From a virus: a DNA stretch of 64,000 nt. The notes under the pieces are model-generated. The model saw only the letters and a program-made list of their open reading frames with translations. It did no database searches and was not told where the DNA came from. A program made the position numbers and the translations under genes. The stretch's first letter is position 1, and each line of letters opens with the position of its first letter. This document shows positions 29,737 to 39,546 of the stretch, piece after piece. Where the stretch lies: positions 1-64,000 of the IMG/VR virus record IMGVR_UViG_3300023174_000075. One strand, written 5' to 3'.

Positions 29737-31626
29737 TTATATGTCCTTAATATTTTTTTCATCTAATAGTGAAGATTCCTGTTTAGTTTCAAACACCATT
29801 TGTTTATCGGCTCTAGGTATAGCTTTTAACATATCTCTATATTTTAAAGATTCAGCTAATGCTAAAGCACCATAGCTTTTTGGTGTACCACTTCCTTCAT
29901 CAGGTATATTTGCAGTATACAATGTAGCATTTTCTTCTCTACCTAATCTATCTTTACCTAATGGGTCTTTTTGTGTATTAATCATAGATGATTTTTCTTC
30001 AGGACGACCAACAGGACGTTTTTCATCATATCCTGGAGGGACAGGTCCATCTACATTCATACCTGCTCTACCTTTACCATATAATGAAGCTAAATCATGT
30101 GGTGTTCCGTATGATTGACCTGATTTAGATGGGTCGTTACCTTCATTCTCAATTTGTGAGAAGCGGAATGTACGTTTCATATCTTCAGCTATTAAATCAC
30201 GATATTCATCATATTGATCTTCACTGAATTGGAATACATTATCGTAAATCCAATCTGATGGGACTAATTTGCTGTCTATCATGTCTTTAGCTAATGCAAT
30301 CTTTTCCTTCCATAGTGCTACTTTTTCTTGTTCGTAGATTACTGATGGTGTCGATAAAGTTAATTCAAAATTATTTAGAGAAGCACCATCAAATCCTTGT
30401 GTATATAGATGTACTAATGCAATTTTATATAATTCAGATAATATTATACGTTGAATACGTTCTACTGTACGAGCGAAACGAATATCTTCAGCAGCTAATG
30501 TAGCTTTACCAGTCAAGTCTTTTTCAAATCCGAAAAAGGCTTTAGGTACCTTAAGAGCAGCTAACATTTCATCACGTAAAAAGTTTACGTCTTCAATTGC
30601 ATTATATTCTAGACCTTTAATTGTATCAATCTTAGTATTACTATTAGTACCACGCTGAGGGATATAAAAATCTTCCAATACATTCATTTGATTATAACGT
30701 AAGTTATATTCGCCTGTATTATGATCCATGAATGGAGTTTTCTTCATTTTATTTTTCAAACGCTCCATGTATCCATCAACTTCATTTGGAGGTAAATTAC
30801 CAATATCAACATAAAATACACGTTTTTCCGGGGCACGTGTTATACGATGGAGCAACATTGCATCCTTCATCAATACATATTGTTTGTATGTCTTACGAGC
30901 TGGTTCTATATATGCTCTACCATAAGGGAGGTAATTAGCATCAGTTAATAGCCTAAAGTGAGCTATTTCGTAGTTTTCAAATTTAATTTTACCATCTCTA
31001 TCTTTAGCACGTGAATTGATACCACCAGCTGCAATAACCATTGGATCAATCTTAAAGCAAACATAAGATGGATTTTGTGGATCCATACCTTCTTCACGAA
31101 CCATATCATAGACCGATAATGGTGTTACACTATATACACCAAATTTTTCAGCTATTTCAAGATGTAAATAAAAATCACCATACTTACACATATTTCTAAC
31201 CCACATCCATAAGTTAAATTCTACATTTAATACATCGTAAAATAAATTATAAAGTATACGTTGAATATTTTCGTCTGCTGATCTAATTTGTAATACTTCG
31301 TTTGCTTCATTCTTTAGAGTAGCTTCATCTGCTACAATATCAAGTGCAGAAGCAATAATTGATTCAGTATCCATTGCTTCATAGTCAGTGTATAACTGAA
31401 TACGAAGTGTTTGGTAATTCATTGTTGGATTGTATGGCATATTAGCGCCATAGCGATGAAGTTTAGTAAATCTATCTATAAGAGCATTGGTTTTTACATT
31501 ACCATATGCTTGTATTCTATCAACGTCTGTAACCTTCAATTGATTACCGCCTATGTTTCTGATTACTACATCAGTTCCAAATAAACGTTTCAGTCTACTA
31601 AATAAGCCTGTATTTTGTTCAGCCAT
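29737..31626 (-). CDS. gp20: Portal protein (T4 gp20-like)
   Basis: RITRAPEKRVFYVDIGNLP, EDFYIP.R, I.T..G, D..F....L.ALKVP. Confidence 0.95.
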   Translation of the reverse strand: MAEQNTGLFSRLKRLFGTDVVIRNIGGNQLKVTDVDRIQAYGNVKTNALIDRFTKLHRYGANMPYNPTMNYQTLRIQLYTDYEAMDTESIIASALDIVADEATLKNEANEVLQIRSADENIQRILYNLFYDVLNVEFNLWMWVRNMCKYGDFYLHLEIAEKFGVYSVTPLSVYDMVREEGMDPQNPSYVCFKIDPMVIAAGGINSRAKDRDGKIKFENYEIAHFRLLTDANYLPYGRAYIEPARKTYKQYVLMKDAMLLHRITRAPEKRVFYVDIGNLPPNEVDGYMERLKNKMKKTPFMDHNTGEYNLRYNQMNVLEDFYIPQRGTNSNTKIDTIKGLEYNAIEDVNFLRDEMLAALKVPKAFFGFEKDLTGKATLAAEDIRFARTVERIQRIILSELYKIALVHLYTQGFDGASLNNFELTLSTPSVIYEQEKVALWKEKIALAKDMIDSKLVPSDWIYDNVFQFSEDQYDEYRDLIAEDMKRTFRFSQIENEGNDPSKSGQSYGTPHDLASLYGKGRAGMNVDGPVPPGYDEKRPVGRPEEKSSMINTQKDPLGKDRLGREENATLYTANIPDEGSGTPKSYGALALAESLKYRDMLKAIPRADKQMVFETKQESSLLDEKNIKDI

Positions 31627-31660
31627 TTTTTATTTTATTATATCAATAAATATTTATCAT

Positions 31661-33253
31661 TTATAGCATCCACGTAATATCTTCGGTACCGTATGGAGTT
31701 TCTATTTGGTATGGATTAGCCATACCACTAGGTAATGAGGGTGCATTATATCTATTTAAAGTACTAGACATACCATCAATAGCTTTACGGGTAATATCCA
31801 TACCTTGTTGAGCAAATTTAATACCAGTATCTCTAGTAAATAATCCAATACCTAATGCCATTACCAAATCATCATTATATCCATTCTGTGCTTGTGCTTT
31901 ACCATGTTGCCAAATAAACACACGTAATTCTTCTAATAAGCGTTTAGAACGAAAGACGAAATGTCTATCTCGAATGTACGACTCCATCTTTGATATAACA
32001 AGTGGTCTTGTTTTTTGGGATGTTGTAAATCCAGGTATTGTTTGTTCATTATCAATTTTAGCCATCCATTTATCAATATTCATTTCACCATAAGCGCGTG
32101 GAGAATAATATAGATTTTGATAACCTTTCTCGATGATGGTATTAATAACATCCCAACCGATATTAGCGTTTTCAGGGACTAATAAAGCGTTGTTATACTC
32201 AGTTGCAACAGAGACTAGCATATGACCAAATTCTCGTGTACCTATTTGAGATTTATATTCTGCAACTTGTTCGCAACTTTCGACATCAATAACGTGAAAC
32301 GCCGAGTAATCACTACCATCACCTCGAGCAACGTCAGCACTAATGATATAATTACGGCTATAGTCAGGATAATTCCAAATCCAAAAATCACCCCCCATAA
32401 ACCTACGTTCAACAGGTTCTTGTATGTATGTTTGTTCATAAAATGATAAATTATCGGGTTCAATAACAGAATTACCTGATCCTAAAAAGTCACAATCATA
32501 TTCTTGGGCAAATTCACGTGGTGACATATTTGCACGTTCACGATCTTCCCATCCTGCATCTATTGGTGCTACTCTATCTGGGTGTAAATTCCATTTTAGT
32601 TCTATTGCTTTAAAATCATTTTTACCAATTTGAGCCTCAGTATACATTTTATGGAACCAATTACCAATACCATTTGGAGATGATAAGGCAATAATTCCTC
32701 CACCCGTAGCAATTGTTGGTTTAATACTCGTGTATATTTTATCAATACCTTCAATAAACGCAGCCTCATCTATTAACAATAAAGATACAGCGTAAGATCT
32801 ACCTGCATCTGATGCAGCTGATGTAGCTACAATCTGAGAGTTATTAGCTAGTTTGAGTGAGAGTTTATTATCTGATATTGGTTTTTGATTACCCCGTAAC
32901 CAGGCTGGTAGGTTATTGTACATGAATTGTACTTTCTCAACCATACCTTTAGCGGTTTCTTGTTTTGTTGCTATACACAATACAGTTTTATCTTTGTTAA
33001 ATAACATTGTCCATAATGCGTATCCTGCTACTAGAGTAGAGATACCTAACTGGCGTGATTTATTTACAATGGAAAAACGATTTTGTCTAAATGCCCCTAA
33101 TGTATCTTCCTGAAATGGATATAGATGAAATAATACTCTACCTTTAACTGGGTGAGTAATATAACAATATTTGCGAAAAAAGTGTACGGGATCCATTGCA
33201 CACTTTATATATTCTTGTTTTATTATATCTTTGATGTTAGCTTGTTCAGCCAT
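31661..33253 (-). CDS. gp17: Terminase large subunit (T4 gp17-like)
   Basis: LYPFQ, KSRQLGIST (Walker A), LLLIDEAAF (Walker B), F.QEY.C.F, ADVARGDG.D, DDLVMA. Confidence 0.95.
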   Translation of the reverse strand: MAEQANIKDIIKQEYIKCAMDPVHFFRKYCYITHPVKGRVLFHLYPFQEDTLGAFRQNRFSIVNKSRQLGISTLVAGYALWTMLFNKDKTVLCIATKQETAKGMVEKVQFMYNNLPAWLRGNQKPISDNKLSLKLANNSQIVATSAASDAGRSYAVSLLLIDEAAFIEGIDKIYTSIKPTIATGGGIIALSSPNGIGNWFHKMYTEAQIGKNDFKAIELKWNLHPDRVAPIDAGWEDRERANMSPREFAQEYDCDFLGSGNSVIEPDNLSFYEQTYIQEPVERRFMGGDFWIWNYPDYSRNYIISADVARGDGSDYSAFHVIDVESCEQVAEYKSQIGTREFGHMLVSVATEYNNALLVPENANIGWDVINTIIEKGYQNLYYSPRAYGEMNIDKWMAKIDNEQTIPGFTTSQKTRPLVISKMESYIRDRHFVFRSKRLLEELRVFIWQHGKAQAQNGYNDDLVMALGIGLFTRDTGIKFAQQGMDITRKAIDGMSSTLNRYNAPSLPSGMANPYQIETPYGTEDITWML

Positions 33254-33284
33254 ATTATATACTATTAGTTGTATATAAATATAT

Positions 33285-33316
33285 AAAAAAGCCCTAACCT
33301 TACGGGATTAGAGCTT
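33285..33316 (-). terminator. Intrinsic terminator (third of three tandem hairpins)
   Basis: AAGCTCTAATC-CCGTAA-GGTTAGGGCTT-TTTT. Confidence 0.75.
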
Positions 33317-33365
33317 GCACCTATGGTCTAGATAGGCAGTCCTAGGTAGCAGGACGATTATTTTA

Positions 33366-33578
33366 TTACTGCATTCCTAATTGTTGACGAATCCATCCTG
33401 CAGCAGTTTCTACTAATTCATCTATATTTGTAGAATGAGGATGTTCATTAATTGCTGTTTGAGCTGCATCATCAGATATGTCAGATAGAGTACGTGGGTT
33501 GCCAGATTCTTGTAATAAGAATACCATAAGTACATTAAACTTATCTGATAGGAATTTTAATTTAATTTGATCTTTCAT
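33366..33578 (-). CDS. Hypothetical protein
   Basis: 70-aa ORF in operon. Confidence 0.6.
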   Translation of the reverse strand: MKDQIKLKFLSDKFNVLMVFLLQESGNPRTLSDISDDAAQTAINEHPHSTNIDELVETAAGWIRQQLGMQ

Positions 33579-33589
33579 TTTTTTATTTT

Positions 33590-33982
33590 TTATTTTTTAA
33601 TATAGATATAAGTTATAAACCCAGTAAATAAAATTGATATTATTCTAGTGAATGTTAATTTTGCTTTTAGCTTTTTATTTTCTTTACGCAAATCATCAAC
33701 CCACATTCCTTGTACTTTAAATTTAGATTGTTCATTTTGAATACGCTCTTCATACATAATACCTTTATCAACATAGTTTGATATAATATTATCTTTTAAT
33801 ATAACTTTATCTTTAGTTAATATAAGTTGCTCTTTAGTTAGTTCATGTACTGCTTTAATACTATCACATGTTGCTAAATCTTTAGCAATTTGACGAGCAG
33901 CCGGTACTGGTATTTTAATTGTATCTTGTGATTTAGCTACTAGGGGTAGTATAAATGCTAGTATAATTAATAGTTGTTTCAT
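33590..33982 (-). CDS. Signal-peptide coiled-coil protein with C-terminal TM segment (spanin-like)
   Basis: MKQLLIILAFILPLVAKS/QDT signal; C-terminal IISILFTGFITYIYIKK. Confidence 0.5.
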   Translation of the reverse strand: MKQLLIILAFILPLVAKSQDTIKIPVPAARQIAKDLATCDSIKAVHELTKEQLILTKDKVILKDNIISNYVDKGIMYEERIQNEQSKFKVQGMWVDDLRKENKKLKAKLTFTRIISILFTGFITYIYIKK

Positions 33983-34335
33983 TAGTAGTTATAACGTTTT
34001 TTAAAGAATGAATCAATTTGAGCAGCATTATAATGACTTACTTGTTGTATTATTTCATGATGATACTCTTTAATAATAGTTTCTTTTACTTTGATATTGT
34101 TTATTTTAGAATCAATAATATCAATTTTATTCTCATAAACACGAATAGTACTATCTAATTGATTTTGTTTTTTAATTAATAAAGTATTAGCTTTAGTTAA
34201 TGAATCAATAGCAGCTCTATAATCAGTAGGCATTTGGGGTTTGCGTGTTGTAATCCATATAACACCATATAATACAAATAAACCTACGATAACGTAGGCT
34301 ATTTGTTTTTTATACTTATTTAATAATTCCAGCAT
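33982..34335 (-). CDS. N-terminal TM coiled-coil protein (i-spanin-like; start revised to 34335)
   Basis: IAYVIVGLFVLYGVIW TM followed by a coiled coil; coupled to the next gene. Confidence 0.5.
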   Translation of the reverse strand: MLELLNKYKKQIAYVIVGLFVLYGVIWITTRKPQMPTDYRAAIDSLTKANTLLIKKQNQLDSTIRVYENKIDIIDSKINNIKVKETIIKEYHHEIIQQVSHYNAAQIDSFFKKRYNY

Positions 34336-35317
34336 AGAATTGTAATTTGCGTTTTTCATATTCAGTATTATATGCTTCATCTAATGTATCTGTATCATCT
34401 TCAGGTTCAATTTCAATTGGTTTGTATGTTTTACCTGTTAATTTTTCAATACGTTTTTGTAAATATGGAGAATCTTTTACAATATCATCTATTCTAGATT
34501 CTAAAGATGTTTTTAATGTTTGTAAACGAGCTAATTCAGTACCTGGTTTATCACCAATATCTCCTGCTGTACCACCTTTACCACGTTTTGATTTTAAGAT
34601 ATTAGATTTAGTAGCATCTAAACGATTTTTTAAATCATCATATTTCATAAATGCTTCATAATCTTCATCACTCATACTACCAGCTGCTGGTTGAGCTGGT
34701 TCTAGTTCATCTGGTGTTGGTTCTTCGCTATCGTTAAAATCTTCAGAGCCATCATCATTAGGTACACCATCAAACATACCAGCTAATGGATCACCACTAC
34801 CAATTAAAAATGATTCAGGACCATCAATTGTTTCTGGACGTTCTTCACCTGGTACTGCCGGAGCTATCTCTTCACCACTTGCTGTTAATTTAGTTAATAC
34901 ACCTGCATCCAATAAACCTTTAACTAATCCGTTTGCAATTTGTGGACGAACAAAATTAAATTGTGTTTGAATAGATTTTACATCTGCTCCTGGATTTTCT
35001 TTAAAATAATCAAGAATAGCAGATAGTGGTGTGCCACTGATTGTTTTAGTATACGTTGATGTATTTAAATCTGGATTTGCTAGTCTAAATCCTTTAGGGA
35101 CACGAGCCATTTCTTCAATTTCTCCTTCAGTTACAGTTGCTTGTGTATCTTGTTTAAGATCTTTTTCTTTTTCTGCTGTGGCTTGTTTATCCATATTAAT
35201 AGCCTGCTGACGAAGTTGATTTGCTTTAATTGTAAGATTTTTAGCTTTTGCTGGATCTTCGTTTAAAACCTCCATTACGGATTCGCGTATTAATCTACGA
35301 AGTTGTTTAACTTTCAT
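34316..35317 (-). CDS. Putative capsid-internal protein (likely start MKVKQLRRLIRE)
   Basis: VLNE, IEE, LDEA sites; C-terminus KLQFYAGIIK resembles scaffold end; ATATTTAT motif at 35346-35353. Confidence 0.65.
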   Translation of the reverse strand: MKVKQLRRLIRESVMEVLNEDPAKAKNLTIKANQLRQQAINMDKQATAEKEKDLKQDTQATVTEGEIEEMARVPKGFRLANPDLNTSTYTKTISGTPLSAILDYFKENPGADVKSIQTQFNFVRPQIANGLVKGLLDAGVLTKLTASGEEIAPAVPGEERPETIDGPESFLIGSGDPLAGMFDGVPNDDGSEDFNDSEEPTPDELEPAQPAAGSMSDEDYEAFMKYDDLKNRLDATKSNILKSKRGKGGTAGDIGDKPGTELARLQTLKTSLESRIDDIVKDSPYLQKRIEKLTGKTYKPIEIEPEDDTDTLDEAYNTEYEKRKLQFYAGIIK

Positions 35318-35352
35318 TGTTTTTAGTTCGTTTAGTGTGATATCCATAAATA

Positions 35353-35874
35353 TTAGCTTAGTTGTGAAATAATAGTGTTTATACGTTCTTCTGTAGAACC
35401 TTTAATATTAATTAATTTTTTAGGTGGATATTCATCTAACATATTTTTGATAGTAAAATCAATTTGTTCACGATATTTTGCATCTATTGTACGAACGCCG
35501 TTATCTTCAATTTCAACACCTTCAGGTGATACATAGATAATAACGTCATAATCATCACGTAGTGTCATTAATATATTAGTAAAATAACATTTTTCAGTCC
35601 AGCCGATTGATTTGGCTGATAATGTAAATGCACAAACATCATATATTGTTCTATCTGTTATGATATTTGGTTTCATTAATTCAATACTACGTTCAGCAGC
35701 AAATACTAATTGACCTTTTAATGTTGAATCAGTATTTAAACTAATACCTTGATCACGTAAGTATTTACTACGTTCAGTTGCTGTTTCATAATCTTTAAAT
35801 TGATCGATTTGTTTAAGGGCATTAACTAATGTGGTCTTACCTACACTAATTGTACCGCATAATCCTATTTTCAT
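35353..35874 (-). CDS. NadR/Ttd14-like P-loop nucleos(t)ide kinase
   Basis: G..SVGKTTL, TDRT..D, EDNGVR. Confidence 0.75.
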   Translation of the reverse strand: MKIGLCGTISVGKTTLVNALKQIDQFKDYETATERSKYLRDQGISLNTDSTLKGQLVFAAERSIELMKPNIITDRTIYDVCAFTLSAKSIGWTEKCYFTNILMTLRDDYDVIIYVSPEGVEIEDNGVRTIDAKYREQIDFTIKNMLDEYPPKKLINIKGSTEERINTIISQLS

Positions 35875-36425
35875 AATATTGTTTTTTTCTCGTGTCCTAT
35901 AATTAATGTAGGATCAATATAAGATTTAAATCCTGCATTTCTAGCTTTTTCTTGGAATGTAAAATCTTCCCATTGGTCTGGATTTAATGGTTCGAATGGA
36001 TCTATTATACGATCAAATACTTCTGCTTTAACAAGCATAAAACCCATACCATTTGCTTTAACTTCTATTAAATCTGTTTTAAAGGCTATATCATCAATAG
36101 TCATTGTTTTACCCTCTAAATCACAACATGCTAATAATGTAGGGGATTTTTTATATATACCTGATACTATTGGTTTATTATGTTGGATTAACTTTTCAAG
36201 TTGCATAAAATTAAATACCTGGTCATTATCAATCCACATGTAATGAGTGGGTCTAAATAGTTTAGCTCTATCTAATAGTGCTTGTCTATTATAAAATATA
36301 TTAGGTACATAACCAGATACATGAAACCATTTCCATTCAGGAGGTATGTTAAAAAGAACATTAGTCCAGCTGTCTAAGAAATTATTAGAAAATTCTCGAC
36401 CAGGTAAAATAAAACCTATTTTCAT
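35871..36425 (-). CDS. GT-A fold glycosyltransferase-like protein
   Basis: WIDNDQ (DxD), GMGF.LVK..VF, EDF.F...A..AG...DP....GH. Confidence 0.75.
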   Translation of the reverse strand: MKIGFILPGREFSNNFLDSWTNVLFNIPPEWKWFHVSGYVPNIFYNRQALLDRAKLFRPTHYMWIDNDQVFNFMQLEKLIQHNKPIVSGIYKKSPTLLACCDLEGKTMTIDDIAFKTDLIEVKANGMGFMLVKAEVFDRIIDPFEPLNPDQWEDFTFQEKARNAGFKSYIDPTLIIGHEKKTIL

Positions 36426-36667
36426 TTATTATTTATTTTTTTCATTTGACGTGCTGTTTTCTTTTCCTGTTTAGCTTCTTTAGCACCTTGTTTCATTGCT
36501 TTTTCAGCACCTGGTTTATATTTAATATCAACACTTATTGGACCATGGTGTTTATCTAGATTATATATCCATGTCTCTATAGTATATTCATCTTCATATA
36601 CTTTAGTAAACTTACGTGGAGTAGGTTCAATAACTATTTCTTTAGGTCTTCCTCTTCTTTCTATCAT
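36422..36667 (-). CDS. Small basic protein with AT-hook
   Basis: RRGRPK at N-terminus. Confidence 0.65.
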   Translation of the reverse strand: MIERRGRPKEIVIEPTPRKFTKVYEDEYTIETWIYNLDKHHGPISVDIKYKPGAEKAMKQGAKEAKQEKKTARQMKKINNK

Positions 36668-36677
36668 AACGTTAAAT

Positions 36678-36701
36678 TAAAAAAGGGACTTTGCAGTCCC
36701 T
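36678..36701 (-). terminator. Intrinsic terminator
   Basis: AGGGACT-GCAA-AGTCCCT-TTTTT with GNRA loop. Confidence 0.8.
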
Positions 36702-36705
36702 AATA

Positions 36706-36963
36706 TTATACTCTTGCGCCTGCTGCTTTACCAGCTGCGGTTTTGTAAAATGGTACACCGTTAACGTTCTTTTTCTTATCTAACCACTGATCTTTAGTAT
36801 GTTTAATACCAAATAAATAATATTCAGCTTGACGTTTATTACCTTGTGGTATTAGTGCTGCTCCATCCCAGTTATGCATTTTATTTACTCCATTAATACG
36901 AACGTAATGTGCTACTGTTCCGTCTGCCGATACTAATTTTTGTGTTTCTAGTGTTTCTTTCAT
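36706..36963 (-). CDS. Hypothetical protein
   Basis: KMHNWDGAALIP...EYYLFG. Confidence 0.7.
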   Translation of the reverse strand: MKETLETQKLVSADGTVAHYVRINGVNKMHNWDGAALIPQGNKRQAEYYLFGIKHTKDQWLDKKKNVNGVPFYKTAAGKAAGARV

Positions 36964-36998
36964 ACGTTTTTATTTTAAAGGTACGAAAGTTATTTTGA

Positions 36999-38015
36999 CT
37001 AGTCTAAATCTTCTAAACCAGTGTCGTCTTTTTTTAAATCACGTTCAATATCTCTCATTTCACCTATCGCCCATTGTTTTTGATCACGTGTTAACTCACT
37101 ATTAACTGCATTTTCTACAAATGGAAAAAATTCATCGTCTGGTAGTTTATATAATGCCGCAAAAAATAATTCACGAACACGAGCATCTTCTACATCGCTT
37201 TCAGCATATATTTTATTGATAGCATCATATAGGAATTTACCAAAGCGCAAATCATTTGGTTCATTAGATAATTTATCTATAGCACCCACAATAGCTTGAT
37301 TTTTTTCTTTATCAGCACCAAATCCTTCTGTACCAATAATTTCATATAATCCTTTTACAATTTCATGTACAAGCATTGGGAAACATAAGGCACGAGCTTT
37401 AATAACAAACTGCTCATTTTCTTCATCATATTCCATCTCACTTTCACCCCCTTGTGGTGTTTGTCCTTGTGCTAATGCTGCTAATAACATAGCAATAGCA
37501 TTTTCATCATCGTAAATACCAAATGCTAGTTTTAGTATTTCATTATATTTTTCTACTAATGCTGGATTGATATCATCAAGATATTCTTTAAATAACATAA
37601 AACCAAAAGCGCCTCTAATTGATGCTCCTTGTGTTATACCATTGATAATACGGCGTTTTGCTTTTAATTTTTCAGGATCATCTTCACCAAAATCAGGTAA
37701 TGTTGGGTCTTCTTGTGGTGGAGGATTTTGTAAACTAAAATCATTTCCTATTTTAGCATCAATTCTAATATTAGCATAGTCAATAATAGGATAAGCATCA
37801 GTTACCATTTGAGCTGCTACCATTTCAAGTTCATCACGATATCCTTCTTCAGCATCAATAATTTCATCTAATACTGCTTTAGAACGTACCATTGTTTGCA
37901 TCAATGACTTATTACCAAGCATTGAACGTAATGATTCACCAGACTTACCTTTTAAAGAAGCCATGGTTTTAGGGGAGAATATTTTTTCGTATTCTACTTC
38001 TAATAAATTAGGCAT
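36999..38015 (-). CDS. Conserved hypothetical protein, putative internal virion protein
   Basis: KRRIIN.I.QGA, FP.LVHE.VKG.YE, E..DLR.G. Confidence 0.7.
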   Translation of the reverse strand: MPNLLEVEYEKIFSPKTMASLKGKSGESLRSMLGNKSLMQTMVRSKAVLDEIIDAEEGYRDELEMVAAQMVTDAYPIIDYANIRIDAKIGNDFSLQNPPPQEDPTLPDFGEDDPEKLKAKRRIINGITQGASIRGAFGFMLFKEYLDDINPALVEKYNEILKLAFGIYDDENAIAMLLAALAQGQTPQGGESEMEYDEENEQFVIKARALCFPMLVHEIVKGLYEIIGTEGFGADKEKNQAIVGAIDKLSNEPNDLRFGKFLYDAINKIYAESDVEDARVRELFFAALYKLPDDEFFPFVENAVNSELTRDQKQWAIGEMRDIERDLKKDDTGLEDLD

Positions 38016-38262
38016 TCTTTTTTGATTTAAAGCGTTTAATTACTTGTTTCAACATTTCAGCTTCTTTCATTGTCGCCTTTGCTTTTGGAGCAGGATTAAC
38101 ATTAGGATTTCCTAATGGACGACGTGGTTTCTTTTCAGCTGGTTTGCCTGGTGCTACTGCAGGACCTGGTGTTTCTCTTGGTTTAGAGGGTGCAGGAGCA
38201 TTTTCATTCAATTCTTGATTAATAATACGGCGTATAGTTTCGCGTAATTGTTGTTTAGTCAT
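38008..38262 (-). CDS. Small Pro/Lys-rich putative internal protein
   Basis: MTKQQLRETIRRIINQELNE leader. Confidence 0.65.
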   Translation of the reverse strand: MTKQQLRETIRRIINQELNENAPAPSKPRETPGPAVAPGKPAEKKPRRPLGNPNVNPAPKAKATMKEAEMLKQVIKRFKSKKNA

Positions 38263-38401
38263 TCGTTACGTTTGTCAATAAATATTCCGAAACATAAATC
38301 CCATGAGCACCTGATACAGTAATACCACGAGCACTTAAAGCATCACCAACAAAGTGTACATTTGGATATTCATTTAATGCTAAATTAGTATAGTTTACTA
38401 G
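38255..38401 (-). pseudogene. Displaced (probably original) 3' end of the FAD oxidoreductase gene, 48 codons
   Basis: Translates LVNYTNLALNEYPNVHFVGDALSARGITVSGAHGIYVSEYLLTNVTND*, homologous to the C-terminus of 39547..40881; no start codon; stop overlaps next ATG. Confidence 0.85.
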
Positions 38402-38409
38402 ATTAGTGG

Positions 38410-38839
38410 TTATATTTGATCTAGTATACTTTTTAAATAATTAACATTGTTATATAAATCTAAAGCAGTATTTATTATATTTTGTTGTTCTATTTTGTCT
38501 ACATTACTATAGTATTCGGATAATACTTTAAGATTATCTAAATTATTATTAAACGTATCTATATTAATTTTTAAATATTTTTGTTCTTCCATAGTAAGTA
38601 TATTTTTATTGTATATATCTTCTGCAAAAGAAATAATATTTTGAATTTTATTAATACCCTGTATTAAAGTTTCAATACTTTCTATTATTAACATTTTTAC
38701 TTTCTTGTTTTAACTGAATTAATTCTGCAAATTTATTTAAATTTACTTTATTATTTTTAATAGAAGTACGAATATTGTTTGTTAAAGTATTAACATTTTC
38801 TTTAATAACATCTTTTGATATTTCTGATAATTTTATCAT
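38410..38839 (-). pseudogene. MIKL-leader gene interrupted by a frameshift (55-aa and 94-aa pieces)
   Basis: ATG 38839 MIKLSEISKDVIKE... stops at 38672; annotated ORF 38410..38694 continues in the +1 frame. Confidence 0.55.
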
Positions 38840-38851
38840 ATTAATAAATAT

Positions 38852-39496
38852 TTATTGTTTATATTTCCATATATAACTATATGCTGTTTTTTGACGTCCT
38901 GCTGCACAATCTGCTATACTATTACCGGATTTACCTAAACACCTTCCTGCGTCCTGTGCTGATTGGTATTCATTAAGTAGATTATTTTGAAGGTCATATT
39001 GGAGTACAGGTTTATAATGACTCAAATAGTTTTTAGGTTTACCTCTAAGTGCATCTCCTATTTTGTCAGCCCATAATATATTTCTACCTTTGTTTGCTTT
39101 ACTAATATTAGGTTGAAGTTTACCTGTTCTTACTTGTGATATTTTATGTTTAGTTTCTTCCGATAATGGTTTTCGTTTTATACCTTTTAATGCTTTACTA
39201 ATTTTAACACCAGTACCTACTTTATGTGGTTTTCTCATTTTTTGTTTTTGTTCTTCTGTGTATTGTTCAGGACCACCACCTCCATTATTTTTATTTTCTA
39301 ATTCAAATCCCCATGCCTTAAATTGACATATCCAATATTGCTCCCAAAATTTCCATTCAGTATCGTTTACAATATCTATTTCAGTATATGTTATATCTTT
39401 ATATTTTCTTTTATGTATATTTTGTCTCCATTTACCTCTAGTTTTACCTATATAAAATGGTATATCTTCTTTTTCTAACACATAAATACTAGTCAT
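38852..39496 (-). mobile_element. Free-standing GIY-YIG homing endonuclease with NUMOD domains
   Basis: SIY.L...FYIGKT, E.YWI, L.N.N.GG.G; SEETKHKIS; KPVLQYDL...Y.SA..A.R...TAY.YIWKY. Confidence 0.85.
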
Positions 39497-39546
39497 GATA
39501 TATTATTTATAATAAATATATAAGAGACCAGAAATTAAGTACTTTC

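Noticed and set aside
22197-33253. Inteins or introns in terminase, portal or capsid
   Set aside because: Lengths are ordinary, motifs are continuous and no splice-junction motifs were seen
33285-33355. tRNA
   Set aside because: Three serial hairpins with no enclosing acceptor stem or T-loop consensus
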